This document shows positions 40,440 to 51,910 of a stretch of DNA of 64,000 bases, one piece after another. A model generated the notes under the pieces. The model saw only the letters and a list, made by a program, of their open reading frames with translations, was not told the origin of the DNA and ran no database searches. The DNA comes from Octopus sinensis. Lineage: Eukaryota. The stretch covers positions 64,666,001-64,730,000 of the forward strand of contig NC_042998.1 of assembly GCF_006345805.1 (NCBI RefSeq), read 5' to 3'. A program made the position numbers and the translations under genes. The stretch's first letter is position 1; each line of letters starts with the position of its first letter.

Positions 40440-41420
40440 TTTAATATGTTTTCAAATTTTGGCACAAGACCACAGATATAGCGGTGGTATTAGACGATTA
40501 AATCGACACCAGTGTTCAGTTGATACAAATTTTATCGACCTGCCTTTACGCTCTGAGTTCAAATTCCACCGAGGTCGACTTTGCCTTTCATCCTTTCGGT
40601 GTCGATTAATTAAGTACTATTTGCTTATTGGGATCGATCTAATCGACTAGCTCTTCTCCCCACAAACAATTTCAGGCTTGGTGTCCAGAGTAGAAAAGAT
40701 TCTGCTAGCATGGCAAAGCAGCGAGCTTGGCAGAAACATTAGCACGCCGGGCGAAGTGCTTAGCGGTATATCGTCTGCAGCTACGTTCTGAGTTCAAATT
40801 CCGCTGAGGTCTACTTTGCCTTTCATTGTTTGAGGGTCGATAAATTAAGTACCAATTACGCACTGGGGTCGATGCAATCGACTTAATCCCTTTTTCTATC
40901 CTTGTTTGACCCCTCGATGTTTAGCCCCTTGTGGGCAATAAAGAAATAGGAAACGTTAGTTCACCGGGCGAAATGCATAGCGGTATTTCTTCTGAGTTCA
41001 AATTCCGTCGAGAACGACTTTGCCTTTCATCATTTAGAGTCGACAAATTGACTACCAGTTGTGTACTGGAGTCGATATAATCGGCTTCTCCCACACAAAA
41101 TAAAAATGAAATTCACTCCTTGTGCCTGTAGTAGAAAATATTCTGCTACTTTTTGCTCTAAATGCTCTGCTGCAGTACCAGGCAGTGGCTCTCATTGCTG
41201 CTGATCTTAACTGATTGGCAGTGTTATCGTGTGCATTGTTTTGTCTTGGTATAAAGGATGGGCTACAGCAATATTTTGCCAAGGCGGCGAGCTAGCAAAA
41301 GCGTTAGCACGCCGGGCGAAATGCTTAGCGATATTTCGTTTCTTTACGTTCTAAGTTCAAATTCTACCGGTATCGACTTTGCCTTTCATACTTTCGGGGT
41401 CGATTAATGAAGTACTATTT
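40440..41420 (+). mobile_element. Cluster of about 4 tandem, partly truncated SINE family A copies
   Basis: GAGTTCAAATTCC.(C/G)..GAG..CGACTTTGCCTTTCAT recurs at about 40555, 40790, 40995 and 41355. Confidence 0.8.
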
Positions 41421-42464
41421 GCTTACTTACCACACAGCCACTTCTACGGGTATAGGACATTAAGCTAAATATAAATTATCTAAGCACTGTCTTTATACAA
41501 AATGTCTATATACAATTTATAAAAAAGCCTAATAAATGTTCGTTTCGTTCACAATTGTTTTATCATACTTAATGGTGCTTTTCTTAAACTACTAAATGGG
41601 GGTTTGCCTAACGTGGGAAATAATTAGTTCCCGTTTGGTGCAGTCATTGGATATAATGCAGCGCATTTTTTCTGATTGCAGTAATGGTTCAAAAATCACA
41701 ATTCTAAGTTAAATGAATTAGTTTTTTTTTTCAAACCTCCTTTCAATGGTAAACGCATCCCACATTAAACAATTATAATGAGGGTAGTATACTAATACTT
41801 TGTATTTCAGTATTTATAGATGATCTGTGTCATAAACAAATCCCACTGGCTTACTCATGTTAATTCAGCTAATTAGTGAATAAATTCAGATGTTTAATCT
41901 ATGGCAAAGAATCTGAAATGTTGAGGAAGAGTTTAATCGACTACAACGACCTCATTCCCCATATGATGCTTATTTTCTCGCCCCCAAAAGATGAAAACTA
42001 AATTCAGCTTCGATGACCTTTAAACGGAAAGAGTCAGAGAAAACGATTCTATGCAATATTTTTGTCACAGCTCGCGATAATATATAATGTAGGCATAAGG
42101 CCGGGAATTTTGGGAGAGAAAGATAATTGATAGTAACCACCCAAATAATCACCTGGTATTTATACTATCAAAGGATGGAATCCAAAGCCGAATACCATGG
42201 AATTTGAAACCAGGACGTAAAAATAGCAATTTCTAAAACGTTTTCGTGATTTTACCTTTTCAGATAAATACATAACAAAAACATTAGGATTTACAAGTGC
42301 ATATAACATACAGAAAATATCACTACTAGGACCGCACACATTCTACGTAAAACACTTTCAATACAGTGAATTACGAGCGCCAAAAGAAACCACAGTACAT
42401 ACCAAAAGTACATAGAACTGCGTTCGGTAGTGTAGTAAGAGAACGTGATAAAATAATGCTACTG

Positions 42465-42501
<37 letters not shown>

Positions 42502-42505
42502 TTAC

Positions 42506-42561
<56 letters not shown>

Positions 42562-43115
42562 CTCTGCTGCAGTACCAGGCAGTGGCTCTCATTGCTGCTG
42601 ATCTTAACTGATTGGCAGTGTTATCGTGTGCATTGTTTTGTCTTGGTATAAAGGATGGGCTACAGCAAATATTCAGCTCAATACCACATATTTGCTTGTC
42701 AGTTGTTTGACCTGAACCAGTTGAACATGTCCCTTAGTGGCTGATGATATGTGCATCTCTGATCACGAGTAGAAGTAGTGGTGGAGCATCATAGTCATGT
42801 GTTGAGAGGAATTCTTTGGTGTTTGGATAATCTACCATTGGAATCATGTGTGTTTTGTTCAACATCGTTAAACTACCCTTAATCAGGGATCTTTTGAGCT
42901 GGATGTGCTACCCAACCTGAAAAAAAATCTAACTATGCTCCAACCGCAAGCTCATGCGCTGTTAATCTTGATATGAGATACTATGTCGCGCACATATGGT
43001 TGTGATGCATGTGCCTGGTGCACGCTTATCAAACAAGTAGTCATGACGGGTATACTGAGCTTCATATGTTTGTACCTCAGTGTCACTTTGATGCCATGCA
43101 CTGCTCTCTCACCCA
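42465..43115 (-). mobile_element. Non-coding retroposon (SINE or LINE 3' UTR-like) with (TTA)n(GTA)n tail, embedded in (AAT)n
   Basis: Unique 555-bp body 42558-43115 bounded by triplet repeats; its 3' 111 bp is duplicated at 41161-41271. Confidence 0.6.
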
Positions 43116-43406
43116 ACAATAATAATAATAATAATAATGATGATGATGATGATAATAATAATAATAATACTATCTACTATAGATACAAGAACTGAAATTT
43201 TTGAGGAGACGGCCTACGATTAGATGGACACTAGTACGTGTCTGGCACACAAATTATCGACAACAAAAGGATGAAACACAAAATGAAATCCTCCGGAATT
43301 TGAACTCAGAACCTAAAGACGGGCAAGGTACCGCTAAGCATTTCATTCTGCGCGCGCTAATTATTTTGTCAGCGATCCGCCCTACTTTCTCCTGCTGCTG
43401 CTGCTG

Positions 43407-43513
<107 letters not shown>

Positions 43514-44306
43514 TCTAACAACTACAACATGAAAAATGGTAATGACAATAATAACATATAAATAAATAAATATATAAAACATTCTATATAAATTGCAAAA
43601 TCACAAAATCACTTTAACGTAGGATAAGACAGGAAATGTCTAACTTTCAATTATTTTATGGTATAATTATTGCACAATTATATGTTGAAATAATAACGTG
43701 TCAAATATGAAAAAAAATTGATCTCATAAAAAAACCATGTAATACAGCTATGAAAAATTAGCATAAATTGCTACAGTTATGAAAAGTACCTATTATTTTT
43801 TATTATAACGGCAGCACCTATTCAGAGAGTCTAGTAACAAAGATATTCAAGCTCCGACGCTTCCATTATAGATACATCAAGAATTATTACGTAAAAGAGA
43901 ATGAAAGGTCACTGACAGTGGTCTGCGTCGTTCAGGATAGAGTTGAATACAACATGAGTCTATCTATTCATAAGAGTGCACTTCGTTGGCTATAAAGTAA
44001 TACAGACATACACATATAGGAATGTATGTATATGTGTATATATATGTATGTATATATATAAACATATATACACACACATATATATCTCTATATATATATT
44101 AACATATATACACACGCATATATATATAAATATATATATATATATAATCAAAAGAAGCAACAAGGATATCCTGATGTAACCGTTTCATGCGACTCCATTT
44201 AATTGAACAATGCAAACATTGTATAATCATCTTATTTAAAATTATATGGATAATACCACATTAAATTCTGGTGCCTTCAGCTTAAATGCTATACTCATCT
44301 GAATAT

Positions 44307-44337
<31 letters not shown>

Positions 44338-44419
44338 AGTTCATCAAAAATTTAGATTCAGATGAATATGATACTTAAGTCAAAGACATGTATATATGTA
44401 TACGTATATATGTAATCGA

Positions 44420-44720
44420 GCAAATCGACCCCAGGATTTATTCTTTGTAAGCCTAGTACTTATTCTATCGGTCTTTAAGTTACGGTGACGTAAACACACC
44501 AGCATCGGTTGTCAAGTGATGATGGGGGACAACACAGACACACAAGCTTATATACAGACACACACATACAGATATATATATTCATATATACGACGAGCTC
44601 CACATTGGTCGACCCGAGGCTATAGTAAAAGAGACCTCCCGAAGGTGCCACGCAGTGGGACTGAACCCGGAACCATATGGTTCGTAAACAAGCTACTTAC
44701 GACACAACCACTCCTACGCC
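44420..44720 (-). mobile_element. SINE family C
   Basis: Reverse complement of ATGGTTCCGGGTTCAGTCCCACTGCGTGGCACCTTCGG...GACAACCGATGCTGGTGTGTTTACGTC. Confidence 0.85.
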
Positions 44721-44739
44721 TATATATATGTGTGGGTGT

Positions 44740-44804
<65 letters not shown>

Positions 44805-45784
44805 CATTTTAGTATCATTTTATTATCATACGAAAATTTTGTATCATTATAGATTTACTTTGTCAGGAATCTGTTTGCTAAACGTTTTAAAACTTATGAG
44901 TGATTTCATTTCAATTATCACGCGATGCTGGTTATTAAGTTCTGATCTTTCTCTGTACCTTCCCAATATCTCTGTATTTCACACTGTGATCAACCGGTTT
45001 CGGTTTGAGTCACATTTCCTGGATTATATGGGTAGGTTTTTTTTTACCATTTAACTCCGGAACATCTGGTTAATCTGGTGGACAAAATTTGTATTGATTC
45101 CAATTTGAACCGGCGTACACAGTCACATATGCATTAATATATACTTATGTACATGTATGAATGTGTACCTCTTATAGAACCACGTAATTACAACCAATAT
45201 GCCCTGACAGAAAAACCAGCCTTCTAACAATTCAAATATAATTAGTGACGCTGAGCATTCAGATCAACGTAATAACAACAGACGTTTTTCTTAGACCCAG
45301 TCTAGAGAAACAGAGACACAAGTTGGAACAAAACATACAAGAAAAGTTCTAAGCAATAAAATTATCAAAGAAACCTTTGCAAGCCAAAGTGGTCACATTT
45401 ACCGCAACCTTCACATAAGTCCAATCAGTATCAAATCAATGACAGTAGTACTGAATTTTGCAGATAATTGCGTCTTTCAGAAGCTCTACTTGATTACAAA
45501 AATGACGATGAATTAATGGTCGAGAGCGAAAACAATAATCTTCCACATAAACGTATCAATAAAGCACATGAGGACTTAAGTATCCACATTCTGAATTTCC
45601 CGAATACTTTACATCGGCGAAGAATCAACACAAACCTCAACAATATCAAATGGAAAGATTTAATTTAACTGCAAAATGATGAAAACTAACAATCAAAGCA
45701 ATCAACAAAGTAGGTGCTGTAGTTCTGATGGATGCAGAACACTACAAACACTTAGTACTGTCCATAATAGAAAACTATTCCTAC

Positions 45785-46017
45785 GACATACGCCATAGTG
45801 GTTAAGAGCGCGGGCTACTAATCCCAAGATTCCGAGTTCGATTCCAGGCTGTGGCCAGAAAAAAATAATAATAATAATAAGAGGAAGAAGGAATATATTC
45901 ACAGATACGACAGAATTGGGATCTACATACATTGGAAGCTATCCCAACACTATGGAATAACAACAGAAAAAGATGGTATAGGCACACGCCAGAAAGCACG
46001 TTATAAAAATATAACTA

Positions 46018-46078
<61 letters not shown>

Positions 46079-46096
46079 GTGATGATGATGATGATG

Positions 46097-46141
<45 letters not shown>

Positions 46142-46364
46142 TAATAATAATAATAATAATAATAACAATAATAATAATAACATTGAAAAATACCTTAAGA
46201 ATGAGAACCCAGGTTCGAAATTTCCCCAAAACACCAGATGAAGGCTGGAGCGTATATCAGCCGAAACTTTGTGTTAACAACAAACAAGATGAGGACAAAT
46301 GCCCGTCAAATGTAAAGATTGTAAATAATGCACATAATTCCACGTCTCTTAAATATAGAACTAC
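45785..46364 (+). mobile_element. Composite SINE: tRNA-like head + (AAT)n + hammerhead-bearing tail
   Basis: A box GCCATAGTGGTTAAG and B box GAGTTCGATTCC at 45791-45845; HHR fold at 46230-46275; CTAC duplicated at 45781-45784 and 46361-46364. Confidence 0.75.
45891..46010 (+). pseudogene. R4/Dong-like RLE non-LTR retrotransposon fragment within (AAT)n
   Basis: EYIHRYDRIGIYIHWKLSQHYGITTEK(frameshift)RWYRHTPE, matching the R-H...W...P block after the CCHC finger of R4-clade elements. Confidence 0.65.
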
Positions 46365-47816
46365 AAAACTGTTAAAAATTAGAAAAGTCAGAAAATACAA
46401 AATCTTGCATCCTTAATTCACCTACATGGAGAGGTTTTGACAGATAAAGATATCGATTATATCACAAACTCTAAATGTAAACCTAAACTTTTCTACGGTT
46501 TAAGTAAAATCCACGAGAGGCAGATAATTAATGAAGCCTGCAAATAATCACCAGACATCTACATCAACGTTCAAGTATCGCAATGTTTAAAACTAAAACC
46601 CATTGTATAGGGCCAAGCGGGTAAACACACTGCTTAAGTAATGTTCTCGATATCTTACTGAAACCCTTTTTGGAATATCTCAAATCTGTTTTAGATGATC
46701 GAGATACGTTAAACCACCTACAAAAGTCAATCAATAAAGGGACAGTCATGATTTCCTTGGATGTTTTGAACCTGTACACTAAATTCCCACACAATCGATT
46801 AGAAGCAATGACATTCTAGCCGGGAAAATTATCTGTAAAAAGTTCCAGGGGTAAAAATATCGAGAAAAAATTCCAGTGTGCATGATCTGGGAGTTTATTA
46901 TGAAAGCTTTAAAATTTATCCTCCGGAACAATTACTTTTCATTTGATATCACTTACTACCGAAGAAAATATGAGAATTCGATGAGAACGAAAGCAGCTCC
47001 GGTTCTTGCAAACGTTATAATGTAACATTTAGAAGTAACAATATATCAAGAATCACTACAAAACTATGGATACTCATTAAAGTATTATGTGATATTTCTC
47101 ATATATGTGATATTTATCATAAAGTTCTTTGACCGTTAGTATATTTTTAAGGCAATTAACATATTTTTCCTGAATGGCACTATATTTTGCTACAACATTT
47201 TATTTATTTATCTTTATTTGAACACTATAATCACTTACACACAATTATAAATGCATTTAGACGTGCGAGAAGGTTCAATGAAAAGAAATTGAATTAACAT
47301 TATCGCATCAGCGGCGTTGCAGTTATGAATTATTCCAACATAAAACAATAAACATGCTGAAACATATTTGATGACACAGTATATGTTACGGAATTTCTAT
47401 GTATAATAGGACTAGTTAAATGTTTAAACGTATGAACAGGACTAAAAAAATACATATGATCACTGTTGACGTTGATATGAAATGTCGGTGATAAAATAGA
47501 AAATTGTATACGTTTGAAAGCATTTTATTGTCTTATTGGAACTGGCACTTGTTAAACAATTATGTTATAATTATCTGTGTGTTGAATAAGCAAAACATTT
47601 TAAACAAGTATCTTATGCATCGATAACGAATATAACTATATAATTAATGAATATAATATGGAAATACCAAATATAATGTATTATAAAATAAATAATTTTA
47701 AAAATATATCGAATAGATTTCTAAGCTTTGATATGAATGCAATTTGAAAATAACATAGGAACATTTAAGCGCTTCATTTAATTTCGCACATTAATGTTAT
47801 TTGATTTCATTCATTC

Positions 47817-47859
<43 letters not shown>

Positions 47860-48481
47860 ATGTGTGTGTGTGTGTGTGTTTTGAAAATGGAAACAGAGAA
47901 TGAGATCACTGCCTATCTATGACAAACTGTGTCCGAATATTACTACCAACGCTAACAGCATTAATGTGGCAGAAACTTGTAGTCCTTTGAAATAAATATA
48001 TAAACTGTACTGTCAAGCCATAGTAGTGGACAACGTGGACACAATGACACACAGACACGCGCGCACTCATATGCGTGTGTGCGCGCGAGTGTACAACCTC
48101 ATTCGGGGGGGGGACTTTGTCCCACTGTGGGACATATTGGGCAAGTGTAAGAGATGGCTTGTAATTAAAATTAGTAAAAGGAAATTTGCATGGAAGCCGG
48201 CTGTAGGCGCATACGCATCCACAACACATATACATGTGTATATAGATATGAGTATATATATATTTATAATGATATATAGATATTTATGACATATAAATGA
48301 GTACATATATATATATATATATAATATATATATATTATATATATATAAGAAAATAGTAAAGTGTGAAAAAACGACAGAAGGCTTAAATGTTAAAAAATAT
48401 ATATATTTGTGTCAAAATGTCTGGAGAATATTGGAAAAATTTTTTTCCTTTCCTTAAAATGACATAATTTTAAAATTTTTA

Positions 48482-48521
48482 AAGAAATTACCGGTTTCGC
48501 GTGTAGCTTTTCAAATTTCTT
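48482..48521 (-). ncRNA. Minimal type I hammerhead ribozyme, U3-A8 core
   Basis: Minus strand AAGAAAT TTGAAAA GC-TACAC-GC GAAAC CG GTA ATTTCTT; 7-bp stem I. Confidence 0.7.
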
Positions 48522-48526
48522 GTCAC

Positions 48527-48565
48527 AAGAAATTTGAAAAGTACACGCGAAACCGGTAATTTCTT
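48527..48565 (+). ncRNA. Minimal type I hammerhead ribozyme, U3-A8 core
   Basis: AAGAAAT TTGAAAA GT-ACAC-GC GAAAC CG GTA ATTTCTT. Confidence 0.65.
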
Positions 48566-48794
48566 TAAAAATTTTAAAATTATGTCATTTTAAGGAAAGG
48601 AAAAAAATTTTTCCAATATTCTCCAGACATTTTGACACAAATATATATATTTTTTAACATTTAAGCCTTCTGTCGTTTTTTCACACTTACTATTTTCTTA
48701 TATATCACCCACGTGCTTTACCAAACAAACTTTCTTATATATATATACATATATATGTTATATGATATATATATGAGTAGATATATATATATAT

Positions 48795-48833
<39 letters not shown>

Positions 48834-48877
48834 GATATATGTATATATGTATGTATGTATATATATATATATGTAGC

Positions 48878-49797
48878 ATTCTTTAGGGTATTTGTGGAGG
48901 TGAGGTACGACAAAAATCTCGGGACGAACCTGGGCGTCGAGGAGGAATTCTTAACCTGCCTGTTAAAGACGATATTCAGGCCGGGACCTATGGACAACTT
49001 CCAGAGATTCCTGGTGAGAAGCGCTACACGTTCTAGATAAGCTCTACAGGCATGGCTCGAGAAACACGGGGCCGATCTGCTCGGGATGCGGTCAGAGCGA
49101 CGAAACCCTTCCGCACGCACTCGTTCAGTGTCTAACCACTTCCGACCTGTGGGCTTATGTCGAACGACTGCTATCGCGTCAGTTTATCAACAGAGTCTAT
49201 CGGGAATATTGTCGCGCCTTCTTCCTTGAAACGGGAAGGAAAAGACATCTTCATAATACTTGTGCCTATGGCGAAAGAATGTGTATGATGGAAATGACTG
49301 AATGTTCTAGAGATAAACACTTTCCTCTCTGGTGAAAATCTGATCAAGTTATTTAAGTATCACTTGAAGGGTAAAGTGATGGTAGAGTGGGGAGTTTTGT
49401 CTAGTGAATGTTTCAAAAAAAGATGGGTGAAGGTAGCAAGTATGGCACGTGTGATTGACGAAGCCACCTTGAGCATAATCCTATGCACCAACAAAAAAAG
49501 AAAGGAAAAAGAGAGTCCAATACTGTAATGCGTTTTTTTTTTTGCATTATATTATTGCCCGAGGTTAACGTGGTATTTTTGGTAGGCTTTTCTTTCAACG
49601 GATAAACCTAATATGTTTCCCGTTTTTACACTATGACATTTTTGATACATGATCCCTGTTGATTAGCCTTTTTCTTAAGATCACTTTTGATTGAATTTCT
49701 ACCCCCACCACATTTTACTTCTCTTCCCCAAAAGAAAAACTCTACTTTGTATATTGTCCCTTCTGCGTTCAACCTGTGTGGTAAATAAAGAAACCTA
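48878..49797 (+). pseudogene. L1/Tx1-clade LINE 3' fragment (C-terminal CCHC finger + 3' UTR) in (TA)n
   Basis: PICSGCGQSDETLPHALVQCLTTSDLWAYVERLLSR (CX2CX8HX4C) ...FKYHLKGKVMVE...KRWVKVASMA; ends AATAAAGAAAC then (TA)n. Confidence 0.8.
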
Positions 49798-49825
49798 TAT
49801 AGCATATATATATATATATATATAG

Positions 49826-49860
<35 letters not shown>

Positions 49861-49906
49861 ATAATATATAATATATATATATATATATTATATATATATA
49901 TATATA

Positions 49907-49961
<55 letters not shown>

Positions 49962-50078
49962 CGGATATATATATATATATAGGATGTATATATATAGGAT
50001 ATATATCTATCTATATATATATATATACATATATATATATAAATTTATGCATATATATATACAAATATGTATTTAAAA

Positions 50079-50119
<41 letters not shown>

Positions 50120-50185
50120 ATTATACATACATACAAACACACACACACGTATATATATACACACAGACACCACACACACACACAC

Positions 50186-50248
<63 letters not shown>

Positions 50249-50288
50249 GCACATGCTTCTAGTAAGTTAGGATCCCAGAAAAACAGGG

Positions 50289-50360
50289 TCTCACTGAAGA
50301 ATTCTCCCTGGGCAAATAAATTATCTTTATTGCTGAAAAGAAAGAAACTGCAGTCTGAGA
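50289..50360 (+). ncRNA. Type I hammerhead ribozyme (copy 1)
   Basis: TCTCA CTGAAGA A TTCT-(33 nt)-AGAA A GAAAC TGCA GTC TGAGA; stem I UCUCA/UGAGA; predicted cleavage after C50355. Confidence 0.75.
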
Positions 50361-50684
50361 ATTTACCGGTTTAGTAAATGTTTTTATCTTCATTCACTTA
50401 ATTTATCAAGCTTCTGTATTCCTAGCACATATTTCGCCTTAATGTACTGATATATGAAAAATATATTGCTTGTGTTAGTAATACCAGCGATTATAATTAT
50501 TTTTATTTTATCGCAATTTGATTTGTTTACATATTTCTCGATAAATTATGAGCGCCAGGCGATATACCAGAATTCCCTAGTGTTGTCGGGACGTTCGGAG
50601 TCTGCGCAGTGATATGATTAGTTAGGAAGAGTAAATCATTAGACGCACATGCTTCTAGTGAGTTAGGATCCCAGAAAAAACAGG

Positions 50685-50756
50685 TCTCACTGAAGAATTC
50701 TCCCTGGGCAAATAAATTATCTTTATTGCTGAAAAGAAAGAAACTGCAGTCTGAGA
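50685..50756 (+). ncRNA. Type I hammerhead ribozyme (copy 2)
   Basis: Identical core and stems to copy 1; predicted cleavage after C50751. Confidence 0.75.
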
Positions 50757-50920
50757 TTTACCGGTTTAGTAAATGTTTTTATCTTCATTTCACTTAATTT
50801 ATCAAGCTTCTGTATTCCTAGCACATATTTCGCCTTAATGTACTGATATATGAAAAATATATGGCTTGTGTTAGTAATACCAGCGATTATAATTATTTTA
50901 ATTTTATCGCAATTTGATTT

Positions 50921-50970
<50 letters not shown>

Positions 50971-51239
50971 GTACAGGACGCTACATTAAGTAAACAACCT
51001 AAGATACGAAAACAAATAAGTTGAATACGCCAACAACGAGAGAAACAAATGGAAAACATGTCAAGTAACATAAATAACGACACTTAATGGACATCCGACA
51101 ACTGATGAAGGGTCATTCTTTATGCTACTTGTCCTTTGTTGCATTTGTTTGTCTTGTTGTTGGCGTATTCAACTCATTTGGTTTCGTAACTCATGTTGTC
51201 TACGCATTGTGACGTCCTGTACCCATATATGCATACATA

Positions 51240-51440
51240 TATTCAATCCAAACATGAACAAGCAAGAAAAAATAACAACGTGAGGACGTGGAATAAGTAG
51301 AGTGTTACTGGATGCTCAAGAAAGGAAATGAAAGAAAGATGATTTCAGGTTTCGAACGGAGCTCTTCATCAGAAATATAGAAAAAATTCTAAAGAAGGGA
51401 AGACGGAGAAAGAAAATCGCCAACGATACACAAGCGATAT
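51240..51440 (-). mobile_element. Short HHR-bearing pLTR-like element, mutated copy
   Basis: Minus strand ATATTT CTGATGA A GAGC-TCC-GTTC GAAAC CTG AAAT (cleavage triplet lost); homologous to 52886-53078. Confidence 0.7.
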
Positions 51441-51635
51441 ATATAACGATACATACGCCCTTGTTTCTAAGTTTTCGGCATATTTGGCATTAGAAATTTT
51501 TTCTTTTGCCCTTGTTTATAAGTTGTTTATAAATTTAACCTTTAAAGGTTTTTTTTAATATGCTGGCCATTAATAGAATTTTTTTCGAAAACTTTTATCC
51601 TATGTTAGATGTAAAGTTAATAGTGTTCACTTCCG

Positions 51636-51702
<67 letters not shown>

Positions 51703-51849
51703 ACAGTTTTCAGTCCGATCGCACGTGCCTCGAGGTATGCTGAAGAATTTCCATTTTGGATATATTTGGGGTACTTAATTGTGCTCTTGACTTAGTGTTT
51801 GCTTCTTCAATGGGTATAAGTAAGTATTTCATTTATTTCTTTGCCGCAT

Positions 51850-51910
51850 TTATCACTGACGAAGAGAACGTTCTTATGAATTAACTCTGAAATCGGGTCC
51901 GATATGATAA
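51850..51910 (+). ncRNA. Type I hammerhead ribozyme, canonical core
   Basis: TTATCA CTGACGA AGAG-(18 nt)-CTCT GAAA TCGG-GT-CCGA TA TGATAA; all three stems Watson-Crick; cleavage after A51904. Confidence 0.8.

Larger units (their letters stand above)
45180..47090 (+). pseudogene. Penelope-like element copy C, old decayed N-terminal/RT region, split by a 580-bp insertion
   Basis: EFCR*LRLSE, GAVVLMDAEHYK, FYGLSKIH, LSNVLDILLKPFL, SLDVLNLYT, KFILRNNYFSF, KAAPVLANVIM; frame rejoins across 45785-46364. Confidence 0.85.
48341..48705. repeat. Near-perfect palindrome (about 180-bp arms, 1-nt loop at 48524) of two head-to-head HHR-bearing pLTR-like fragments
   Basis: ...CAAATTTCTTGT C ACAAGAAATTTG...; arms match except two 1-nt indels. 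Confidence 0.95.
50245..50925 (+). mobile_element. Retrozyme-like tandem repeat: 1.7 units of a 396-bp monomer, each with a type I hammerhead
   Basis: AGACGCACATGCTTCTAG at 50245 and 50641; HHR folds at 50289-50360 and 50685-50756; (TA)n on both flanks. Confidence 0.8.

Noticed and set aside
45789-45858. Stand-alone tRNA gene
   Set aside because: Acceptor stem does not pair properly and it is fused to an (AAT)n and tail with a TSD; treated as a SINE head
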